Assembly: GCA_030528125.1 (NCBI GenBank)
Contig: JAUMZM010000002.1
Span: forward strand, 5,293-69,292
Reading direction: 5' to 3'
Length of the DNA: 64,000 nucleotides
Source: Tissierellia bacterium
Lineage (GTDB): Bacteria > Bacillota > Clostridia > Tissierellales > Peptoniphilaceae
Shown piece by piece: positions 51,763 through 61,229 of the stretch. The notes below the pieces were generated by a model, which was not told the DNA's origin, did not search any database, and was given only the letters and a program-made list of their open reading frames with translations. Numbering within the stretch: position 1 is the stretch's first letter; each line of letters opens with the position of its first letter. The position numbers and the translations under genes were made by a program.

Positions 51763-52453
51763 AATAAAAAGTTATAATATAGAAAAATACACAGATAATG
51801 GGAACTTTGTATTAGAAGATGATGTGATAGTAGAATATCCTTTGACAATATATGTAAATGATAAGAATTTATGCACATTGTATATGACGCCAGATGACAT
51901 AAGATACCTTATAATAGGAGATCTTTATACAAGAAAAATTATAAATAGAGTTTCTGATATAAAAGAATTAAATCTATTAGAAGATGAAAATAAAGCCTTT
52001 GTAAAGGTAAATAAACTTTCTAAAAGAAAAGATGTGATTAAGAAAGTTATGATCTTAGATAGAAATGATGTCTACAATAAAATATATGAATTTGAAAACC
52101 AATCAGATATTTTCAAAAAGACAGGGGCATCACATCTTGTTGCAATCGCAGATAATAATAAAATAATTAGATTTAAAGAAGATGTTTCAAGAAATAATGC
52201 CATAGATAAGATAATAGGCTATATCTTAGAAAAAGACATTGATATATCGGACAAATATCTTCTTTTATCTTGTAGAATAAGTGCAAGCATTATGCAAAAA
52301 ATAATAAGTATAGGAATAAGAACAGTTATATCCGTAGCACCTCCTACATCTATGGCAATTAATATGGCAAAAGAAAATGATATAAATTTGATAGGATTTG
52401 CAAGAGATAAGAGATTTAATCTATATAATAGAAAAGATTTGGAGATAAAATAA
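51755..52453 (+). CDS. fdhD: Formate dehydrogenase accessory protein FdhD-like
   Basis: SRNNAIDKIIGY, SCRISASIMQK and VAPPTSMAI...GFARDKRFNLY align with the FdhD C-terminal domain. Confidence 0.75.
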   Translation: MDKIKSYNIEKYTDNGNFVLEDDVIVEYPLTIYVNDKNLCTLYMTPDDIRYLIIGDLYTRKIINRVSDIKELNLLEDENKAFVKVNKLSKRKDVIKKVMILDRNDVYNKIYEFENQSDIFKKTGASHLVAIADNNKIIRFKEDVSRNNAIDKIIGYILEKDIDISDKYLLLSCRISASIMQKIISIGIRTVISVAPPTSMAINMAKENDINLIGFARDKRFNLYNRKDLEIK

Positions 52454-53667
52454 TGGATTTGTTGGAAGTAGAAAGCCTAGATAATGCTATAAATTTGGCA
52501 AGTAAAGTCATGAAAGATTTGGGCTTTAAAAAAACAGTGGAAAAAGAAATATTAGATTCTAAAGGCTATATTCTTGCAAGTAACTTAGTTGCAAAAGAAG
52601 ATTTGCCACATTTTAGAAAGAGCACAATGGATGGTTATGCCATAAATTATAAGGATTCATTAGGTGCAACAGATACAATCCCATCAATTATAAAGGTTGT
52701 AGAAACAATAGAAATAGGAAATGCACCTACTAAAGCAATAAAAAGAGGCGAAGCTTCAAGGATTTTTACAGGAGGTATGCTTCCCGATGGAGCAGATGCT
52801 GTAATTCCTGTAGAATATACAGAAGATATCCCAGGGGATCTTATAAGCATATATAAACCTATGAACTATCTAACAAATGTAATAGAAATAGGAGATGACA
52901 CCAAAAAGGGTGATGTATATCTAAAAAAGGGAAAAGTTATTGATTCAAATACCATAGCTATGGCAGCAAGCTTGGGATATTCCAAACTAAAAGTATACGA
53001 TAAGTTAAAGTGTATCTTGATTTCAACAGGAGATGAGATAATAGGAATTGATGAAAAGCTAAAACCTGCAAAATCAAGAAATATCAACTCATATATGCTT
53101 AAATCAATGCTAGAAGATTTGCCAATTGATGTGATTTCTGAAAAGCTTATAAGAGATGATAGAAATCTTATAGAAAAAGAGCTAAAAAGAGATGTTGATT
53201 TAATAGTGATATCAGGATCATCATCTAAGGGCAATAAGGACTTTGTGCCAGATATTTCAAAGAATCTAAATCCTGGAATGATATTTCATGGGATTTCGAT
53301 AAAACCTGGCAAACCAACAAGCCTTAGCGTAAATAATAAGACCATGATATTAGGACTACCAGGAAATCCAATAAGTGCTTATGCTTCTTTTAAAGTGTTT
53401 TTTGAAAAAGCTTTTAAAAGATATTTTGGTATAGAAGATGAATTTAAGATAGAATGTATTATAGATAAGAATATAGCAACAACTGGAAGAGAAGAAGTTA
53501 AGCTTTTAAATATAAGAAGAGAAGAAGATAAGCTTGTGGCAAGTCCAATATTTGGATTTTCAAATAATATATCTCTTCTAAAAAACGCAAATGGCTATAT
53601 GATAATAAGTAAGGACTTAGAAGGAATTAGAATTGGAGAAAAGGTACGGGTGAATTTATTAAAATGA
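52453..53667 (+). CDS. moeA: Molybdopterin molybdenumtransferase MoeA
   Basis: 404 aa. STMDGYA, TGGMLP, STGDE and GLPGNPIS motifs. Confidence 0.9.
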   Translation: MDLLEVESLDNAINLASKVMKDLGFKKTVEKEILDSKGYILASNLVAKEDLPHFRKSTMDGYAINYKDSLGATDTIPSIIKVVETIEIGNAPTKAIKRGEASRIFTGGMLPDGADAVIPVEYTEDIPGDLISIYKPMNYLTNVIEIGDDTKKGDVYLKKGKVIDSNTIAMAASLGYSKLKVYDKLKCILISTGDEIIGIDEKLKPAKSRNINSYMLKSMLEDLPIDVISEKLIRDDRNLIEKELKRDVDLIVISGSSSKGNKDFVPDISKNLNPGMIFHGISIKPGKPTSLSVNNKTMILGLPGNPISAYASFKVFFEKAFKRYFGIEDEFKIECIIDKNIATTGREEVKLLNIRREEDKLVASPIFGFSNNISLLKNANGYMIISKDLEGIRIGEKVRVNLLK

Positions 53668-55559
53668 GAAATATTTACTTAAATACTACTAGCTTAGAAG
53701 AAGCAATGGAAATTTTTCGAAATAATATAGAGAAGTTTCTACAAAATAACGAAAAAGAGTTAATAGATACAAAAGATGCCTGTGGTAGAATATCAAGCGA
53801 TGCTATCTTTGCAAAACATTCTTCTCCATCTTATAACTCAAGTGCAGTTGATGGAGTTATGCTTAATTCAGAGATCACAAAAAGTGCTAGAGAAAATAAT
53901 CCTATATTTATACCAAATGAGGATTTTAAGTATTGCAATACAGGAGATATATTAGAACATCCTTATAATGCAGCAATAATGATTGAAGATATTACCGAAA
54001 AAAAAGATGGTATTGAAATAATCAAAGGCGTAACATCTTGGCAAAATATAAGAACCATTGGAGAAGATGTAATCGAGAAAGATTTAATATATACAGCTTT
54101 TCATAAATTTAGTGCAGTTGATTTGTCAGTCCTTATTTCAACAGGAATTGATAAAGTGGAAGTTTTAAAAAAGCCTGTTATTGGAATAATACCAACAGGA
54201 AATGAAATCATAGAAGACTTTAAAAACTACAAAGAAGGAAAGATAGTAGAATCAAATTCTTATATGCTAAGCGCTATGGCAAAAGAAAATGGTGCAGATG
54301 CAAAAGTCTATCCAATTGTAAAAGATGAGAAAGATTTACTTAAAAAAGCCATAATAAAGGCAAAAGAAGAATGTGATTTTGTAACGGTAATAGCAGGATC
54401 ATCTGCAGGAAGCAAGGATTATACAAAAGAGATATTGGCTGAACTTGGTGAAGTATTCATACATGGACTATCCATAAAACCAGGTAAGCCTGCAGTTATT
54501 GGAAAGATAGAAGATACCCCATTTGTAGGACTTCCAGGATTTCCTGTAGCATGTCATATAGTATTTGATAAAGTAGTTATTCCTGTGATCTTGGAAAAGC
54601 TTAGACAGATTGGAACTACCAAAAAAAGCATAGATGCAATTCTTACAAAGCAAGTTATAACATCACTTAAAAATCGTGAGTATATAAGAGTAAATATAGG
54701 AAGTGTTGATGGAAAGATTACAGCAACACCATTAGATAGAAAAGCAGGAAGCTTGTATTCATTATCAAGATCAGATGGATATCTTGTAGTAGATAGAAAT
54801 CTTGAAGGTTACAACAGAAAGGATATAGTAAGAATAGATCTTCATAAGGATATTCCTAAAAGTATATTAGATAATAGACTTGTAGTAATAGGATCAAATG
54901 ATATGGTAATTGATGTTATAAATGATTTATTTGCAAAAAAAGGCATGAAAGAAAGACTTCTTTCATCTCATGTCGGTTCCCTATCAGGACTAAAAGCTCT
55001 TAAAGATGGAGATTGCCATATCGCACCATCACATCTATTAGATAAGAATGGAAGCTATAATAATGATGCTATAAAGCTATTTTTCGATGAAGATGAAGTT
55101 ATAAAGCTAAATGTTGTTGGAAGAAGACAGGGAATATATGTTCCAAAGGGAAATCCTAAGAACATAAAGACTATAAAAGATCTTGTCGGAAAGACAATGG
55201 TAAATAGACAAAGAGGAGCAGGTACAAGAGTTCTATTTGATTATCTATTAGATAAAGAGGGCATAGATCCAGATAGTATAAAAGAATACGATAATGAAGT
55301 TACAACTCATATTGAAGCAGCTCTTAAAGTCAAAAACAAAGAATGTGATTTCTCAATAGGAGTCGAATCGCAAGCTATAAATATGGGAATAGATTTTATC
55401 TATCTAAAAGATGAGGAGTATCAATTTATAATAAGAAAAGAAAATATCAATCTAAAGCCAATAAAAGAACTTATAGTCTTATTAAAAACAAATGAGTTTA
55501 AACTAACTATGGAAGAAGTTGGCGGCTATAGCATTAAAAATAGTGGGGAAATTTTATAG
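53664..55559 (+). CDS. MoeA fused to a C-terminal periplasmic-binding-protein-like (oxyanion-binding-like) domain
   Basis: The N-terminal 400 aa are MoeA-like (AVDGV, PTGNE, GLPGFPV). The C-terminal 230 aa are PBP-like. Confidence 0.8.
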   Translation: MRNIYLNTTSLEEAMEIFRNNIEKFLQNNEKELIDTKDACGRISSDAIFAKHSSPSYNSSAVDGVMLNSEITKSARENNPIFIPNEDFKYCNTGDILEHPYNAAIMIEDITEKKDGIEIIKGVTSWQNIRTIGEDVIEKDLIYTAFHKFSAVDLSVLISTGIDKVEVLKKPVIGIIPTGNEIIEDFKNYKEGKIVESNSYMLSAMAKENGADAKVYPIVKDEKDLLKKAIIKAKEECDFVTVIAGSSAGSKDYTKEILAELGEVFIHGLSIKPGKPAVIGKIEDTPFVGLPGFPVACHIVFDKVVIPVILEKLRQIGTTKKSIDAILTKQVITSLKNREYIRVNIGSVDGKITATPLDRKAGSLYSLSRSDGYLVVDRNLEGYNRKDIVRIDLHKDIPKSILDNRLVVIGSNDMVIDVINDLFAKKGMKERLLSSHVGSLSGLKALKDGDCHIAPSHLLDKNGSYNNDAIKLFFDEDEVIKLNVVGRRQGIYVPKGNPKNIKTIKDLVGKTMVNRQRGAGTRVLFDYLLDKEGIDPDSIKEYDNEVTTHIEAALKVKNKECDFSIGVESQAINMGIDFIYLKDEEYQFIIRKENINLKPIKELIVLLKTNEFKLTMEEVGGYSIKNSGEIL

Positions 55560-55567
55560 GAGGAATT

Positions 55568-56488
55568 ATGAAAATTAAAAAATTAGCTTTTGCTTTCTTA
55601 GTAGCAGCATTATTTATGACATCTTGTGGAAATAGCAACACAACTACAGAAGAAAGTAATACTGAATCTAGTAAAACAACACAGACTGCAAGTATGCCAG
55701 AAAGCAGCGAGAATGAGGCACAAGAAGACACAAAAGAAGATAATATCGTAAGACTTACAACAACAACATCAGTAAATGATTCAGGACTTATGGATTATCT
55801 ATCAGATGATTTTACAAAAGATACAGGACTTAAAATGCAGATAGTTTCAAAAGGAACAGGAGCTGCAATTGAAGATGCAAAAAAGGGAAATGCAGATGTA
55901 ATCTTAGTTCATTCACCATCACAAGAACAAGAGTTTATGGATGGCGGATATGGAATGGATAGAACTTCATTTATGCACAACTACTTTGTAATAGTAGGAC
56001 CAAGTGATGATCCTGCAGGAATAAAAGGACAAGAAGCACCAGATGCATTTAAAGCAATAAGTGATTCTAAGTCTAAGTTTGCATCAAGAGGAGATGAATC
56101 AGGAACTAATACCAAAGAAAAGAAACTTTGGGAAGAAGCAGGAGTAAACCTTGATGATCTTGAAAAAGAAGATAATTACAATGCCTTAGGACAAGGAATG
56201 GGAGATACTCTAACATTTGCATCAGAAAATGGCGCTTATACACTTACAGACCTATCAACTTTCTTATCAATGAAAAGCGATTTGAATCTTGAAGTTTTAG
56301 TAGATCAATCAGAATCTCTTAAAAATGTCTATTCAATAATTATAGTAAATCCAGACAAAGTTAGCGGAACCAATGTAGAAAATGCTAAGAAATTCCAAGA
56401 CTGGATGACAGGAGATCATGCTTCTAAACTTATTGAAGAATACGGACAAGAAGAATACGGACAACCACTATTTTTCTTAGGCGAATAG
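55568..56488 (+). CDS. tupA: Tungstate ABC transporter substrate-binding lipoprotein (TupA-like)
   Basis: Lipobox LFMTSC. The RLTTTTSVNDSGL segment contains a TTTS motif, which to my recollection is characteristic of TupA-type binding proteins. Confidence 0.75.
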   Translation: MKIKKLAFAFLVAALFMTSCGNSNTTTEESNTESSKTTQTASMPESSENEAQEDTKEDNIVRLTTTTSVNDSGLMDYLSDDFTKDTGLKMQIVSKGTGAAIEDAKKGNADVILVHSPSQEQEFMDGGYGMDRTSFMHNYFVIVGPSDDPAGIKGQEAPDAFKAISDSKSKFASRGDESGTNTKEKKLWEEAGVNLDDLEKEDNYNALGQGMGDTLTFASENGAYTLTDLSTFLSMKSDLNLEVLVDQSESLKNVYSIIIVNPDKVSGTNVENAKKFQDWMTGDHASKLIEEYGQEEYGQPLFFLGE

Positions 56489-56489
56489 A

Positions 56490-57155
56490 ATGCAAGAAAT
56501 TTATTCCATAGTTATTTTAACAATAAAAATTTGTTTTTTATCTACTCTTATATCATCTTTAATCTCAATTCCTTTTGGGATTTCTCTTGGTATGGGGGAG
56601 AAGAAAACAACAAAAATGTTTGTAAATGCATTTACAGGACTACCTCCAGTTATAGCTGGGGTAGTTGTGTATTTGCTTTTTTCAAATGACGGAGTATTTG
56701 GCAAATTATCTTGGCTTTATACAGAAAAAGTCATAATAATTGCTCAAGTTCTCATAGTAATTCCAATAATAACTGCAAATATATATCCTTCAATTGAAAA
56801 TATGAAAAAAGAATATCTTCTAACTTGCAAAGGACTTAGGATTTCAAAATTTAGAATGAATTTGCAACTTATCGTAGAAAATAAATTTCAGATAATTTCT
56901 GCAATTATATCAGGATTTGGAAGAAGTATTTCTGAAGTTGGAGCAGTTATGATAGTTGGAGGAAATATTAGATATAAGACAAGAGTTTTGACATCTGCAA
57001 TAGTTCTTGAAAACAACAAGGGAAATTATGAAATGAGCATAAAGCTTGGAATAATACTTATGATTATATCATTTGCGGTATCATTTTCTGCAATGATTTT
57101 TTCAAGGAGAGATTATGATAAAAATAAGAAAAATAGAAGCGAAAACAAAAGATAG
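56490..57155 (+). CDS. tupB: Tungstate ABC transporter permease (TupB-like)
   Basis: 221 aa with 5-6 TM segments and an EAA-like loop (GFGRSISEVGAVMIVGGN). Confidence 0.75.
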   Translation: MQEIYSIVILTIKICFLSTLISSLISIPFGISLGMGEKKTTKMFVNAFTGLPPVIAGVVVYLLFSNDGVFGKLSWLYTEKVIIIAQVLIVIPIITANIYPSIENMKKEYLLTCKGLRISKFRMNLQLIVENKFQIISAIISGFGRSISEVGAVMIVGGNIRYKTRVLTSAIVLENNKGNYEMSIKLGIILMIISFAVSFSAMIFSRRDYDKNKKNRSENKR

Positions 57156-57699
57156 ATTGCTTTTTCGTGGAGAAAATCTAGAGTTTAATGATGGATACAA
57201 ATACATTCTTACAGGAAAGAATGGATCTGGTAAGACTACTTTTTTGAATTCTTTGATAAATGAAAGCAAGCTTGTAGATATTGATTTTACAAATTCATCA
57301 GATACAATTTATCAAATTCAAAATTCGTATTTTTTTAAAAACATTCCCAAAGATAATTTCAAGATTCTATCAATTGATATAAAAAATGTCGAAGATGATA
57401 TGAAAACTCTTGGAATAGATAATCTTATAGAAAGAAATATAGAGAGTTTATCAGGTGGGGAAAGACAGAAATTTATATTTCTAAGGTCATTATATAGAGC
57501 AAAAGAGACTTTGATTTTGGATGAGCCCTTTTCTCAAATGGACTTAAAGTCAAAACAAAAGGCTAATAATATCCTAGATAATTGGCTAAAAAAATCCTCT
57601 AAGAGGATGATAATTATGGTAACCCATGATGATATATCTTTAAATACTTATGATTATCACTACAAAATAGAAGATAAGCTCATAAAAGAAGTTTTATAA
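57115..57699 (+). CDS. tupC: ABC transporter ATP-binding protein (TupC-like, short)
   Basis: Walker A GKNGSGKTT, LSGGERQK, LILDEP. Confidence 0.75.
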   Translation: MIKIRKIEAKTKDRLLFRGENLEFNDGYKYILTGKNGSGKTTFLNSLINESKLVDIDFTNSSDTIYQIQNSYFFKNIPKDNFKILSIDIKNVEDDMKTLGIDNLIERNIESLSGGERQKFIFLRSLYRAKETLILDEPFSQMDLKSKQKANNILDNWLKKSSKRMIIMVTHDDISLNTYDYHYKIEDKLIKEVL

Positions 57700-58817
57700 G
57701 CTATCTTCTAATTTTTTTATGTCAAAAATTAAATTTTCTAGAGATTTTTCGTTAAGATTGAGATTAGAATATTCATTTACAAAATCTCTAATATAATCTA
57801 GGTCATATTCTTCAAATGCGAAAAGACAAATTCCAAGGGTATCTGCAACTTTTGAAATATCTTTGATCTTTCTCTTGTTGTGATCTTTTGTTTTTAAATC
57901 TATAGAATATTTTTCTACAAGATAACCTACTCCATTGCAAAGATTAGAATATTTATCATCATTTTCTTTTATTTTTTCTATTACAAAACTTAAAGTATCA
58001 TAATCTAGGTTTTTGAAATTATATATATCATTTAGATATTTTTTCGCAAATTCTATGGATTTCGATAAGGCTATTAGATCAATTCCATAATTATCAATGT
58101 CTTTTTTAAGAATTGATGCAGATTTTCTATCAGATAAATCAAACACAGTAGGTCTTTCTACTTTAAAGTGATTTCTACAGCCTATAGGACAATTAGGACA
58201 ATTTATAACTCCCTTTTTGCCATTAAATCCAATATTTCTAAAAGATTTCTTTGAATTAAGGGTTAGAGATTTAAGATTTTTCTTATAAAAAAATATCCGA
58301 GTCCTTTTGCTATTCCATAATACTTATCATTAATAAGTCTTGCAGAAAAATTATTATTAAAAGCACTTTTGGTTACATAAATTGAAGAAGATCCATTGTA
58401 TTTTTCATTAAAATAATTAAAAGTCTTTCCATTATCGTAATTTTTGATTTCATCTGCAGGATAGAAAATGACTTTATCCTTACTTACTTCAATTGATGTA
58501 ATATCATTACTTTTATTTAAAAGAACTATTGCATCTAAGCCTAAATCATTAAGATGATTTTCAAAATCGCCCCCAATAGATGAGCTTGTAAGTTTATCAT
58601 TATAGGATATTATCGATGCTCTACCCACAGTTTCTATATCTTTAAATACAGAAGAAAAAATTCCAAAAGGCTCTTTTTTTAAGTCTGTGAAATTTTTAAA
58701 AAAATAAAGTCCCATGGCATAGCCACCTATGTATTTATCTTTTGATTTCTCATTTATCTTTTTGATTTCATATTTTTTGTTTTCTAAGTCTATTAATAAA
58801 ATTTTATAATCATTCAT
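57694..58817 (-). pseudogene. Miniature aldehyde:ferredoxin oxidoreductase (AOR)-like gene, split by a frame change at a T7 run
   Basis: ORF 58263..58817 resembles the AOR N-terminal domain. In the -1 frame the reading continues as YKKNLKSLTL...INCPNCPIGC...ADTLGICLF into ORF 57694..58146. The junction is at 58287-58293. Confidence 0.55.
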
Positions 58818-58847
58818 ATTATCACCTAATTTAATTGTATCATTTAA

Positions 58848-58873
58848 AATAAAAAACCGCTAGAATCTAGCGG
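58848..58873 (-). terminator. Intrinsic terminator after thiT
   Basis: ccgctaga ttc tagcgg followed by a T-run on the minus strand. Confidence 0.7.
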
Positions 58874-58878
58874 CATAA

Positions 58879-59427
58879 TTATTTTTGCTTAAACAAAAGC
58901 GGTTTAAGTCTATTAAATGCAATGGCAAATATAACCAAAAGAATGACCATATCAGCTGTAAGAAATGAATAATTGTAAGCAAAATCATAAGTTAAAAATG
59001 TACTAAAACCTGCTTTGGTAGCAGTTGTCATATCATTAAAAAATACATATCCACTTATTACATTAAACAGTCCACTTACAATATATGAAATTATTATAGA
59101 TGGAATATAAGATTTGAATTCTTTCTTTTTCCCAAAAGAAATTCCTGCAAGTCCCATTGCCCCATAACTTAGCACATAATCTAAAATCGCTTGCATTGGA
59201 TGGATTATATAACCACCTATTAGCATATCTACAACTCCATATATAGCTCCAACTACAAGTCCTTTGGGTACACCCCATCTTATAGCAAAGATTATAAGTG
59301 GAAGTCTTGATACAAGAGTAACAGATCCTCCAAGTGGCATTTTAAATAATGTTATAAAACTTAAAATTTTAGAAAGAGCTATTACTATACCTCCTTCAAC
59401 TAGCATCCTTGTTGCTTTGTTGTTCAT
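58879..59427 (-). CDS. thiT: ECF transporter S component for thiamine (ThiT)
   Basis: 182 aa with 6 TM segments. EGGI/LGGSVTL pattern, and a TPP riboswitch lies directly upstream. Confidence 0.8.
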   Translation of the reverse strand: MNNKATRMLVEGGIVIALSKILSFITLFKMPLGGSVTLVSRLPLIIFAIRWGVPKGLVVGAIYGVVDMLIGGYIIHPMQAILDYVLSYGAMGLAGISFGKKKEFKSYIPSIIISYIVSGLFNVISGYVFFNDMTTATKAGFSTFLTYDFAYNYSFLTADMVILLVIFAIAFNRLKPLLFKQK

Positions 59428-59443
59428 AATTCCTCCTTAAAAT

Positions 59444-59558
59444 AAAAAAATCGCACAAAGTAGCCTTGTACGATTGACACTTCCCTACGCTATTTTTAAA
59501 TAGATCAGGTAATAAGGGTTTGACAAAAGTCTTCTCAGCTACTGCTCCCCTAGTGATT
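59444..59558 (-). promoter_or_regulatory. TPP (THI-box) riboswitch with terminator
   Basis: Minus strand CUAGGGGAGC..GCUGAGA..ACCCUUAUUACCUGAUCU..AGCGUAGGGAAGUG. The terminator ucguacaagg/cuuugugcga plus U7 is fully paired only on the minus strand, through G-U pairs. Confidence 0.85.
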
Positions 59559-59700
59559 TATTCTCTTATTAATAAAGTATATTAGCATTATTAAATTTTG
59601 TCAAACTATGCTAATAGCAAGTATTAATCAGATTATTATATATAAATTACGACATATTATACTCTTATTATGTATGCTATAATAGGACGAGGAGGAAGAT

Positions 59701-60591
59701 ATGGAAAAATTGTTATTTTTGTATAATCCAAAAAGTGGCAAAGGGGCTATGAATGAATATTTGTCACAAGTTGTAGATTATTACAGCAAAAAAGGCTTTC
59801 TAACGTCAATTTATGCCACTCAACAGGCGGGAGATGGAAGAAGGAAAGTCATGGAAATCGGAAAAGATTTTGACAGAATCGTAGTAAGCGGTGGAGATGG
59901 AACCTTAGATGAGATAATAAGCGGAAGTATAAAAGCTAATATCAATCCTATCATAGGTTATATTCCAACAGGATCAACAAATGACTTTTCTGTTTCTGTA
60001 AAAATTTCTGATGATATAGAAAAGGCGATCGAAACTTCTGTAAAAGATGAGCCTTTAAGCATAGATGTTGGAAAATTTGAAAATAAATATTTCATATATG
60101 TCGCAGCTTTTGGTTCGTTAGCTGAGGTAAGCTATGATACAGATCAGTCAATGAAAAATACTATTGGAAGACTTGCCTATGTTATAGAAGGTTTTAAGTC
60201 TTTAAAAAATGTAAAATCCTATCACATGAGGCTAAATATAGATGGAGAGATAATAGAAGGCGATTATATGGTAGGTGCCATAACAAATTCTGTATCTGTT
60301 GGAGGATTTAAGGGAATTACAGGAGAAGATGTCAATTTATCAGATGGACTTTTTGAAGTTACCTTAGTAAAATCTACCAAAAATATTATACAGCTAAATG
60401 AGATTTTAAATGAGCTTGGTAACGATAATACACATTCTGATCTGTTGGTTACAAGAAAGGCGAAATCAATAAAAATAATCTGTGACGATTATGTAAATTG
60501 GACTCTTGATGGAGAATATGGTGGAAGCCTTAAAGAATGCAAGATAGATGTTATAAAACAGGCTGCAAGAATTAATACGGGCTTAAAATAA
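59701..60591 (+). CDS. Diacylglycerol kinase family lipid kinase (YegS/DagK-like)
   Basis: NPKSGKG, GGDGTL and PTGSTNDF motifs. Confidence 0.85.
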   Translation: MEKLLFLYNPKSGKGAMNEYLSQVVDYYSKKGFLTSIYATQQAGDGRRKVMEIGKDFDRIVVSGGDGTLDEIISGSIKANINPIIGYIPTGSTNDFSVSVKISDDIEKAIETSVKDEPLSIDVGKFENKYFIYVAAFGSLAEVSYDTDQSMKNTIGRLAYVIEGFKSLKNVKSYHMRLNIDGEIIEGDYMVGAITNSVSVGGFKGITGEDVNLSDGLFEVTLVKSTKNIIQLNEILNELGNDNTHSDLLVTRKAKSIKIICDDYVNWTLDGEYGGSLKECKIDVIKQAARINTGLK

Positions 60592-60682
60592 TTGACAAAT
60601 TAATAAATTTTAGATATAATTATCCGTTTTACACAATAGATGGTTTGATATATAATGTAATTAGGGATGGTAGGAGGTTAAT

Positions 60683-61162
60683 ATGTTTAAAATTGGCGAT
60701 AAAATAGTCTATCCAATGCACGGAGCAGGAGTTATCAAGGGAATTGAGACAAAGGATTTTCTTGGCAAAGAGAAGAAATATTATATTTTTGAAATGCCTA
60801 TAGGGAATCTAAGCATATCTATTCCAATGAATAACATCGACAACATGAATGTAAGAAATATAATTACAAAAGAAGAAGGAAAACAAGTTATTGATATCTT
60901 AAATTCAAAACCATCTGAAATGACTTCAAACTGGTCACAAAGATACAGAGAGAATCAGGAAATTATAAAAACGGGTGATGCATTTAAAATAGCAGAGATT
61001 GTTAGAAATTTGATCCATTATGACAAAGAGAAAGGTCTTTCTACAACAGAAAAGAAACTTTTAAACCAAGCAAGAAGAATTATTGCAAGTGAGCTTGTAA
61101 TGAGTGGGGCAATAACAAGACAAAAAGCAGAAGAGATAATAGATGAATCTACAGGACTCTAA
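60683..61162 (+). CDS. carD: CarD/CdnL family transcriptional regulator
   Basis: MFKIGDKIVYPMHGAGVI N-terminus and 159 aa length. Confidence 0.9.
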   Translation: MFKIGDKIVYPMHGAGVIKGIETKDFLGKEKKYYIFEMPIGNLSISIPMNNIDNMNVRNIITKEEGKQVIDILNSKPSEMTSNWSQRYRENQEIIKTGDAFKIAEIVRNLIHYDKEKGLSTTEKKLLNQARRIIASELVMSGAITRQKAEEIIDESTGL

Positions 61163-61229
61163 AATACATCTTTTCAATATATTTAATTAGTATATTATAA
61201 AATAAAGAAAATTGAATAAAGGAGTAAAC

